This document shows positions 28,905 to 36,129 of a stretch of 43,390 nt of DNA, piece by piece (within the stretch, counting starts at the first letter, position 1; each line of letters starts with the position of its first letter). The stretch lies in the NCBI GenBank assembly GCA_049286965.1, contig JBAQEX010000074.1:1-43390 (forward strand), written 5' to 3'. Below the pieces are notes generated by a model, which was not told the origin of the DNA, ran no database searches, and saw only the letters and a program-made list of their open reading frames with translations. Both the position numbers and the translations under genes were made by a program. Origin of the DNA: Microgenomates group bacterium (GTDB lineage: Bacteria > Patescibacteriota > Microgenomatia > UBA1400 > UBA12108).

Positions 28905-29028
28905 AGATAAAAATGCGACCGCATTTGCAAGTAAATTTGTCGCCAGGGCCTAATTTTTTGCCACAACCCACACATTGGCCTTTGCTGAGTAACCAAGCTT
29001 GAATAGGGGCAATCACACTTTTTAACAT
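28855..29028 (-). CDS. possible small zinc-ribbon protein (57 aa)
   Basis: Below the track cutoff. My translation is MLKSVIAPIQAWLLSKGQCVGCGKKLGPGDKFTCKCGRIFIYDKTTKAYRRALFSEV* (CxxC...CxC). It fills the ruvX-mltG spacer but overlaps the mltG start by 50 nt. Confidence 0.3.
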   Translation of the reverse strand: MLKSVIAPIQAWLLSKGQCVGCGKKLGPGDKFTCKCGRIFIYDKTTKAYRRALFSEV

Positions 29029-29043
29029 AGTTAGTAGTTTACA

Positions 29044-29424
29044 CTATTTATGGAATTCTAGGAAATCCTCGAGGATTAGGCATGCCGCATAGGCATGGTC
29101 ATTTTTCTTTTTGGCCCGACTGGCGCCCGACTCTACCAGTTTGGCTATGGCCTCTTGAGAGGATAAAGTCTCTGGGTGCAAGGTGACTGGAATGCCTGTA
29201 AATTCATGCAAATCTTTGGCAAACTTTTCTATGACTGGAACGAGCTTTCCCTCAGGGATACCGCAAATTATATCGGTGATACTTTCTGTTTTAATTACGT
29301 TATTTAGTTTGATAAAGATACTGGAGTCGTTGTGTAGGGATGAAAGCGGTGTGGCTAGGATGGCTTCGGACGTGGCGAGACCAATATGGGAGAGTCCGTA
29401 GTCAATACCTAAATATTTGGTCAT
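29044..29424 (-). CDS. ruvX: Holliday junction resolvase-like nuclease / pre-16S rRNA nuclease YqgF
   Basis: The YqgF N-terminus MTKYLGIDYGLSHIGLATSE begins at ATG 29422-29424, which overlaps the sortase TGA (ATGA). The track's 18-codon extension is rejected. Confidence 0.88.
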   Translation of the reverse strand: MTKYLGIDYGLSHIGLATSEAILATPLSSLHNDSSIFIKLNNVIKTESITDIICGIPEGKLVPVIEKFAKDLHEFTGIPVTLHPETLSSQEAIAKLVESGASRAKKKNDHAYAACLILEDFLEFHK

Positions 29425-30194
29425 AACATATATGCTTTGATAATGAGACGCCTCAAGTAAGTACCGGGAGGCGTACAAGTAATGAGCGTCAAGTAGCGGC
29501 CATTATATACCTGTGCCAGGGGAGATAAATCATCTGGAGCTGCTTCGTACATTTCAGATATCTTGTAGGTATAACTAGCCCCGTCAGCTGTAATATTTAC
29601 GGTATCTCCGGGTTTTAACGTGTGTAAAGTAGAAAAAATTGTCAAATAGTTTGCTGGATTAAAAAATTGAGGCAGAACGGAATGACCAAAAATGACGGTG
29701 TTGCCAAGATTGCCTGGCAAGGCAGTACCTGGATATTGAATCAGAGACTGCTTGAGATCGGTATGATCTGATCTTACGACAGCCCCCAGAATACTCAATT
29801 TGGGGATAGAGAAATTATAGACTGCATAATCCCCTGATTCTTTGGGTTTAGTAGAACCAGCAAACCAGTTTGAGGCATCTGTATAGTCAAAAGAAGTATT
29901 GACCACTTCGTCCACAAAAGTGGGATTGTCAAAAGCCTCGGCTTTTTGAATTTTTGAAGGTATCATATTTTCGGTGTTTGCTGAAATTGGGGTAATAGGA
30001 GAAACTAGGGCGCTTTTTTGAAATGAAGGAGCAAAAGCAAACTGATAATTGATGAGTGGATAGGCGACGGTCGTAAAGGTGGCGATACCAAGCGTGATCA
30101 GCATAAGGGACAGAGCGTAACGAACCTTGAAACCTAAACTTTTTGGCAACTCAAGGGTATAACCCGGAGGAGCTTTGACATACTTGTAGGTCAT
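29421..30194 (-). CDS. sortase family transpeptidase
   Basis: 257 aa with an N-terminal TM anchor, His (VIFGHS), catalytic TLITC, and Arg (YLRRLIIKAY). Its ATG overlaps the TGA of the upstream 731-aa gene. Confidence 0.85.
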   Translation of the reverse strand: MTYKYVKAPPGYTLELPKSLGFKVRYALSLMLITLGIATFTTVAYPLINYQFAFAPSFQKSALVSPITPISANTENMIPSKIQKAEAFDNPTFVDEVVNTSFDYTDASNWFAGSTKPKESGDYAVYNFSIPKLSILGAVVRSDHTDLKQSLIQYPGTALPGNLGNTVIFGHSVLPQFFNPANYLTIFSTLHTLKPGDTVNITADGASYTYKISEMYEAAPDDLSPLAQVYNGRYLTLITCTPPGTYLRRLIIKAYML

Positions 30195-32386
30195 ATTGCT
30201 GGCATAATGACGAGCTTGATGTGGGGCGTGATTCTGGGGATAGACTTGAGTCTGGCTGGTAAAGCCTTGGGAGTGAAAGAAACTACCGCACTTTGATATC
30301 CAGGGATAGAGGTGCTCAAGATAGATTCGAGTGCACTGGGATTTTTGCCTTTGATGCTAGAGATAATCTTGGGCGAGTCTATCACTGGCAGGAGCGCGAC
30401 CTGGACTTTGGCCGTGCCTTTGACTTTGGTTTCATCCTCGCTGATTGAACTGGCAGTTAAATCGACGGTTGAAGGGAGCCCTGCGCGAACATAACCTGCT
30501 GGGACTTCTGAATCAATTGCGGCGTTGACAAGGTTTGTCACTTCATCGGTTTTGTATTTTAGGAGAGTAGCCTTGATGGACATGGTGAGCTTGAGGCTTT
30601 TGGCTGATTCACCAGTTTTGGCAGAGTAGACGACATCTTCGGCTACGGATGAATCTTCAATGAGGTAAATTCCGATCCCCGGACTACTAGAATCTAGTGA
30701 GCTGGACTTGAGTTTTTCCAGGAGCTCTGCAGTCAGTTCTTTGGCGAGCGATTTTTGGTCATCTTTGCCAACTACCTGGATTTCTTCAGATGTCCCCCCT
30801 GTCAAAGCAGCATCGTTTTTGGCGACATAGCTATCTTTGCCAAAACTAGCAATAGTCAATTCGGTCCCAGCAGCGAGATTACTATCCTCGCCGATAGAGG
30901 AAGCCGTGATATTCCCAGTCGATTTGCCCACATAGTCATTACTACTTGAACCACTAGCCACCATGGTTTCGGAGTCGAGCGTGAACTTGAGACTGCCAGC
31001 AGAGAGCGTGACACCTTTGGCGAGTGTTTTGACGGTTGAGGTGCGATTGTAGATCGTGATATCCCCTTTTGCTGGATTACCAATGGTTTTTTTGCCGGTA
31101 GTTTCTGCGATTTTTTCCCCAGACTCAGAGACAGTTGTGACTTCGGCTGGCACGATAGCGTTTGCATAGTCCACACCACTGTCTTGTGTTGATAAAGTGA
31201 GCTCGATTGTTTGATCCAGATTTTTGGGGATGACTGAGACAGTAATGTCGGCTTTGGGTAAGAAATAAATAAGATAAAGAATAAATCCAGTAAACAGTAA
31301 AGTACCTGATGCAATCATAATCCAAAGAGAATTAAAGTGCGGGAGGGCGAACTTGAGAGTCGGAAGCTTGAATCTGGGTATTGTGATCTTTGGAGCCACA
31401 AACTTTGGTTTTTCTACTTTTGGTTCTGGCGCAACAATGGGCGGCTCGTCGTCTGGATCGATAAAATCAACTTTTTCGACTTCTTTGAGTGGCTGAGTAA
31501 ACCCGATTTCTTCTGCACTAAGATAATCTGATTCATCAACTTCAATAAGGTTAGACTCCTCTTTGACTGGCGATGTTTCTTGATTTAGCTCAGGATTTGT
31601 TATGGTTGTGGCGGCAACGGAAAAACCTAGACTCTTGGCAACCTCGGAGCCCCCTGCGACAGACAAGGCCCTGATTGCGACATCTTTTGGTAAAGCTTCG
31701 ATTTTGGGGGTGTGGAGGAAATTGAACTGCTTGGGCCAGTCGGTGCTGAGCAAGTTTTGGATAATATCATCAAGGTTGTGCATACTGTTGAAGAGGATGA
31801 TGCGGCTTGGCAAATTGTCTAAAACCTTGAACCTCGCGACTCCTTCTGCAACGTCTTCTACCACATCGTCACTCCTACCAATTGTTTCGATTGCTTCAAT
31901 GTGGCCTAGACGGACCAGGAGGATGGCAAGTTCGTCGCGACTGACCTGGATGAGGATAGAGGTGGTGGGAGTGCCCTCTTGCATTTTGAGATAGCTCAAG
32001 ACACTATCGGTGATAACGACATACCCTATTGTTTCTAGGTCTAATTCCTTGCGGATTTTGACAATAAAATCTTTCTTGACTCCAAGGACCCCACCCTTGT
32101 CGATCCAGCTGTTGGGGATACCCAAGATAACTTTGCTAGGCTCATCTTTTTCTCCTTCGGTGGCGCTAGAGATGGTCGCGTCAACCGCGGTGATGAGCTC
32201 ACTGGTAGTACCAGTGTCGCCATCCCATTCAACGGGTGTGCCAATTGCGAGGATCTCGGTAGCTTCATTGACCACACTCCAGACTGAGGCCTGAACCACT
32301 TCGTCGGTCAAAATGAGTGCGAGGAATTTTTCTGCTGGTTCTTTAGTTTGACCCTTTAGTTTGCCCAAAAAATTGCCTAGTTCCAT
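30191..32386 (-). CDS. bitopic membrane protein: possible degenerate FtsA/PilM-like (actin-fold-like) cytoplasmic domain, one TM, large beta-rich extracellular domain
   Basis: The track ORF starts at TTG 32404, so ATG 32386 (MELGNF...) is preferred. The N-terminal ~280 aa loosely resemble FtsA/PilM. TM segment LWIMIASGTLLFTGFILYLIYFL. The C-terminal ~360 aa are Ser/Thr/Gly-rich, with segments reminiscent of baseplate-J-like proteins (GNITASSIGEDSNLAAGTEL). Domain calls are inference. Confidence 0.55.
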   Translation of the reverse strand: MELGNFLGKLKGQTKEPAEKFLALILTDEVVQASVWSVVNEATEILAIGTPVEWDGDTGTTSELITAVDATISSATEGEKDEPSKVILGIPNSWIDKGGVLGVKKDFIVKIRKELDLETIGYVVITDSVLSYLKMQEGTPTTSILIQVSRDELAILLVRLGHIEAIETIGRSDDVVEDVAEGVARFKVLDNLPSRIILFNSMHNLDDIIQNLLSTDWPKQFNFLHTPKIEALPKDVAIRALSVAGGSEVAKSLGFSVAATTITNPELNQETSPVKEESNLIEVDESDYLSAEEIGFTQPLKEVEKVDFIDPDDEPPIVAPEPKVEKPKFVAPKITIPRFKLPTLKFALPHFNSLWIMIASGTLLFTGFILYLIYFLPKADITVSVIPKNLDQTIELTLSTQDSGVDYANAIVPAEVTTVSESGEKIAETTGKKTIGNPAKGDITIYNRTSTVKTLAKGVTLSAGSLKFTLDSETMVASGSSSNDYVGKSTGNITASSIGEDSNLAAGTELTIASFGKDSYVAKNDAALTGGTSEEIQVVGKDDQKSLAKELTAELLEKLKSSSLDSSSPGIGIYLIEDSSVAEDVVYSAKTGESAKSLKLTMSIKATLLKYKTDEVTNLVNAAIDSEVPAGYVRAGLPSTVDLTASSISEDETKVKGTAKVQVALLPVIDSPKIISSIKGKNPSALESILSTSIPGYQSAVVSFTPKALPARLKSIPRITPHIKLVIMPAI

Positions 32387-32409
32387 ATCTCTAGAATAGC
32401 ACAAAAAAG

Positions 32410-34200
32410 TTAAGCAAGTTTGGCGTAGATGCGGCGCTTGCCGCTCCCGAGGGATTCATCTTTATAAATTGAGATGGCACCAATTACACCCGTATGATCC
32501 ACGTGGGGACCACCACAGAGTTCGCTAGAGTAATCCCCGATCCGATAAACACTGACTTTGTCTGGATATTTGTCGGCAAAGAAAGCTTTGACACCACTAG
32601 AAAGTGCCGATTTTTTGTCTTCGATGGTTTTGATGACTGGCAAGTCAGATTGGATTTTGTCATTTACGATTTGCTCAATCTCTTTGATTTGAGCCTGGGT
32701 GGGTTTGCCAGAAAAAGTATAATCAAAACGAAGTCGCTCGCTAGTAATGTTTGATCCAGCCTGAGAAATTTCTGTGCCGAGGACGTCGTAGAGCGCTTGG
32801 TGGAGCAGGTGGGTGGCGGTGTGGTATTTGGTCGTGATCTCTCCACTATCTGCGAGGCCACCTTTGAACATGCCCGCACTTGCCGTGCGACTCCCCTCTT
32901 TGTGGGCCGCAAAAATCTTATCAAACTCATCTTGATCCAAGGTGATATTTTTCTCGGCGAGCAAGTCGCGAGTGATTTCGTAGGGAAAACCGAGACTCTG
33001 ATATAGATTGAAGGCAAATTGTGCGTCGATGGTTTTGACATCTGTGCGATTTATTTCTTTTAAACCCTTGTCTAAGGCTTTGCCAAATTTGTCTAGTTCT
33101 GCAGCAACGACTGCTTGGACGTGGTCTATGACATCATCTTTGATAAAACCAGCGTCTGAGTATTCATTGACAATGGAAGGGACACATTCCTTAAAGATTA
33201 GTTTGGAGTCTGCGCCCAAGAGGCGAGCGCGGACTGAGGCACGACGCAGTAAGCGACGTAGGATATAACCTTGGAGTTTGTTACTGGGCTCTGACCCTTG
33301 GGCAATCATAAAAGTAGCGGCGCGGAGATGATCGGCAATTACGCGCATGGGCGACATATAAACCCCGTCGTATTTTTTGCCGCTAGATTTTTCAATTGTA
33401 GAGATAAGAGAGCTAAACATGTCTATTTTGAAAACATCAGGATCGTTGTTTGCGGCTGCCGCGATCCGCTCCAGTCCACCGCCGAAATCTACGTTTTGGG
33501 CAGGGAGCGGTTCTAACCCTTTCTCGGTTTTAATATACTGCATGAAAACGGAGTTGCCGATCTCTAGGTATCTACCACAGTCACAATTGACATGGCACTC
33601 ATCGTTTTTAAATGGAGAATTTTCGTGGAGTTTTAACTCCACGCCAAAATCAAAAAATACTTCAGAGTCGGGACCACCAATCTCGCCTGCTGGCATGGCT
33701 TCTGGGACCCCCGCCCTGCTCCACCAATTCTTTTTGGCTGGGTAGTAGTGGATATGGTCTTCTGCAACACCTATACTTTTCCAGATATCGTATGATTCAG
33801 TGTCGCGAGGGGCGAACTCGTCCCCTTCGAATAATGTGACGTGGAGGTTGTCTGGATCGAGTCCTACTTCTTTGGTAAAGAACTCATAGACCCAGGCAAG
33901 CTGTTCCTTTTTGAAATAGTCCCCGAGAGACCAGTTGCCAAGCATCTCGAACATACAGGTATGGCGATTGTCGCCGACTTCTTCGATGTCGTCAGAGCGG
34001 AAGCTGGGCTGGGAATCGGTGAGTCTTTTGCCCATGGAGTGGGGCTCCCCTTTGAGGTAGGGTACCATTTGTTGCATCCCACTACTGGTGAATAAAGTGG
34101 TTGGGTCATCGGGCGGGATGATGGGGGCCGCAGGCACGACTGCGTGACCACGAGACTCAAAAAACTTTAAATATTTAGAACGGATTTCACTAGCTTTCAT
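32410..34200 (-). CDS. alaS: alanine--tRNA ligase lacking the C-Ala domain
   Basis: 596 aa. Class II catalytic core (FTSSGMQQMVPY, RHTCMFEMLGNWSLGDYFK) and editing domain (HTATHLLHQAL, CGGPHV). The protein ends right after the editing domain. Confidence 0.93.
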   Translation of the reverse strand: MKASEIRSKYLKFFESRGHAVVPAAPIIPPDDPTTLFTSSGMQQMVPYLKGEPHSMGKRLTDSQPSFRSDDIEEVGDNRHTCMFEMLGNWSLGDYFKKEQLAWVYEFFTKEVGLDPDNLHVTLFEGDEFAPRDTESYDIWKSIGVAEDHIHYYPAKKNWWSRAGVPEAMPAGEIGGPDSEVFFDFGVELKLHENSPFKNDECHVNCDCGRYLEIGNSVFMQYIKTEKGLEPLPAQNVDFGGGLERIAAAANNDPDVFKIDMFSSLISTIEKSSGKKYDGVYMSPMRVIADHLRAATFMIAQGSEPSNKLQGYILRRLLRRASVRARLLGADSKLIFKECVPSIVNEYSDAGFIKDDVIDHVQAVVAAELDKFGKALDKGLKEINRTDVKTIDAQFAFNLYQSLGFPYEITRDLLAEKNITLDQDEFDKIFAAHKEGSRTASAGMFKGGLADSGEITTKYHTATHLLHQALYDVLGTEISQAGSNITSERLRFDYTFSGKPTQAQIKEIEQIVNDKIQSDLPVIKTIEDKKSALSSGVKAFFADKYPDKVSVYRIGDYSSELCGGPHVDHTGVIGAISIYKDESLGSGKRRIYAKLA

Positions 34201-34218
34201 GGGATGAATTATATCTCA

Positions 34219-34764
34219 TCAACGAATGATCTGGTACATAAGAAGATGATCGACATATTTACCGCGATGAAGTATGCCATTTAGTAATGAACCGTATTGC
34301 ATAAAACCAAGTGACTCGTAGAGGTGAATGGCCTGGATATTGTTGCCAAACACGCCCAGTTCAATAATTTTTAAGCCAGCCAATTTGGTTTTTCCCAATT
34401 CTATAAGCTTTGTTAAAAATACCTTGCCTATCCCCTGACCTCGGTAATTGATAGACAGTGAAATGGCGATTGAACCGACGTGGGATTCTACTCTAGAGCG
34501 AAGCCCAAGCGTCGCATGGCCTATCAACTCTCCATTACACTCGACAATCAGTGCGATAGTCTGGCCAAGTTTCATCTTGTCCAGTAAATCTTGGATGTAT
34601 TTTTGCTCATCTTCGAGGGATTTTTGCTCACCTTGGAGGAGGATAAATGTTTGTTCGAGAGAAAGCGTGTTAATGTAATCTAGTAGTTTTGGCGCATCAG
34701 TTAGTTCAATATCACGAATGAGATATTTTAGTCCTGTTTTACTGACGCCAGAAGTGTATTGCAT
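34219..34764 (-). CDS. GNAT family N-acetyltransferase
   Basis: 181 aa with acetyl-CoA motif YRGQGIGKVFLTKLIELGK and NNIQAIHLYESLGF. Confidence 0.85.
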   Translation of the reverse strand: MQYTSGVSKTGLKYLIRDIELTDAPKLLDYINTLSLEQTFILLQGEQKSLEDEQKYIQDLLDKMKLGQTIALIVECNGELIGHATLGLRSRVESHVGSIAISLSINYRGQGIGKVFLTKLIELGKTKLAGLKIIELGVFGNNIQAIHLYESLGFMQYGSLLNGILHRGKYVDHLLMYQIIR

Positions 34765-34779
34765 GAGGAGATTATATCC

Positions 34780-35124
34780 CTATTTCCCGAGGGAGGCGCC
34801 GAGCTTTTGGAAAAAATTCTTTTTGGGGTGGTGCTTGGGGGTCTCGGTGGCCACGACGATTTTTTCGGCTGCAGTATTGATGGTAGCGCGGGCTTGATCC
34901 ATGGTTTTTTGGAGATCGGCGATTTTGTTTGCAAGGGCTGGATTTTCGCCTAAATCTTTGAGGGTATCGCTAGCATTTTCTTTGAGGCGAGTCAAAATTT
35001 CTTTGCCCTCTTCACTGCTAGTTAAAAAGTGGACACCGGCTGCACCCAGTACTACTCCGAGTAAGAGCCCCGAAGTGAAACCGGAACTATCGTGATGGTC
35101 TGAACAGTGTTTACAGTCTGACAT
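34780..35124 (-). CDS. YtxH-like protein with Cys/His-rich N-terminus
   Basis: ATG 35122-35124 lies 1 nt after the upstream stop. It has one TM (GLLLGVVLGAAGVHFL) followed by a helical charged region typical of YtxH. The N-terminus is MSDCKHCSDHHD. Confidence 0.6.
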   Translation of the reverse strand: MSDCKHCSDHHDSSGFTSGLLLGVVLGAAGVHFLTSSEEGKEILTRLKENASDTLKDLGENPALANKIADLQKTMDQARATINTAAEKIVVATETPKHHPKKNFFQKLGASLGK

Positions 35125-35125
35125 A

Positions 35126-35398
35126 TTATTTTTTTGGTTTGACTGATACAAGTTTGGTTACCATGCCTACTAGCTGCATCCCACTCTCGAGGCTAGCAAA
35201 TAAATGGGAGATCGTAGAGGAACCACGAGTGAGGCTGCGAGAAAGGAAACCAACATCTTCGATGATCATGTCTGTCTTGCGGAGCGTCTCTTTGGCGTCT
35301 TTGAGGAGGCCAATGATCTGGACTCCAATAATAATGAGGATGGTAGAGACTACAACGATGACAATTAGTAAAATGATTTGTGGCAGGTCCATATTCAC
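35126..35398 (-). CDS. DUF948-like small membrane protein
   Basis: 90 aa (GTG at 35398, alternative ATG at 35392). N-terminal TM followed by a helical region. Pairing with a YtxH-like gene is common in Firmicutes-type loci. Confidence 0.55.
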   Translation of the reverse strand: MNMDLPQIILLIVIVVVSTILIIIGVQIIGLLKDAKETLRKTDMIIEDVGFLSRSLTRGSSTISHLFASLESGMQLVGMVTKLVSVKPKK

Positions 35399-35416
35399 TA
35401 TATTAGCATATCCTTT

Positions 35417-35503
35417 AAGGTCTGTCCTGGTCTCCTGATTGTATTTTGAAGTCGACTAAACATCTTGGCCGTAGGCCACGATCTCCTTAGCAGGACAGAC
35501 CTT
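35417..35503 (-). promoter_or_regulatory. 87-nt structured intergenic element (13-bp perfect inverted repeat enclosing 61 nt)
   Basis: AAGGTCTGTCCTG (35417-35429) pairs with CAGGACAGACCTT (35491-35503), and there is an inner hairpin TGGCC-gta-GGCCA. It lies between the RodZ-like stop (which it overlaps) and the DUF948-like start. No U-tract. Confidence 0.35.
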
Positions 35504-36129
35504 TATTTAGAGACGCTAAAGGTACGTTCGACCAGGGTGGATTTGCCACGGCGGTTAGTGGACTCAACAATCACGGAGTGAGTACCGGCGGGGAAAATCA
35601 AATCAAGGGTAAATTGACCGTTTTGATCCAAGATGACCAGCTGACCATTTACTTTGACAGTTGTATCATTATCGGCTACTCCTTTGAAAGTGACTTTTTC
35701 GCCATAAGTATCGTTGTTTTGGGGCTGGATGAGTTTGATCTTGGGCAAGCTCCACCAAGAGATGAGCTGAATCCCCAGGAAACCGATAAAGACAATAATG
35801 GCAATGGTTGTGAGGATGAGTGAGACTGAAAAAAAGCGAGTTTTACTACCCACTGGCTCGACCAGTCCCCTGGGGATGATCTCGCCTTTTGAATTTTGGG
35901 TAAAGTCACGCCTAAACATGGCAACCATGGTGTCTGGATTTAAATGAAGAAAATTGGCATAATTGCGCAGAAATCCTTTGGCAAAAGTCGAGGAAGGGAG
36001 GGAACCGTAATTTGAGGTTTCGATGGCTTCTAAATATTCTATTTTGATCTTGGTTTTTTTGGCGACGTCATCAAACGAGAGTTCTTTTAATAAGCGTTTT
36101 TCTTTGAGGAGTTCGCCGGCTGTTTTCAT
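35503..36129 (-). CDS. RodZ-like helix-turn-helix membrane protein
   Basis: 208 aa with an N-terminal HTH (LSFDDVAKKTKIKIEYLEAIE, FAKGFLRNYANFL), one TM and a C-terminal beta domain. Its ATG overlaps the ftsK TGA. Confidence 0.7.
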   Translation of the reverse strand: MKTAGELLKEKRLLKELSFDDVAKKTKIKIEYLEAIETSNYGSLPSSTFAKGFLRNYANFLHLNPDTMVAMFRRDFTQNSKGEIIPRGLVEPVGSKTRFFSVSLILTTIAIIVFIGFLGIQLISWWSLPKIKLIQPQNNDTYGEKVTFKGVADNDTTVKVNGQLVILDQNGQFTLDLIFPAGTHSVIVESTNRRGKSTLVERTFSVSK

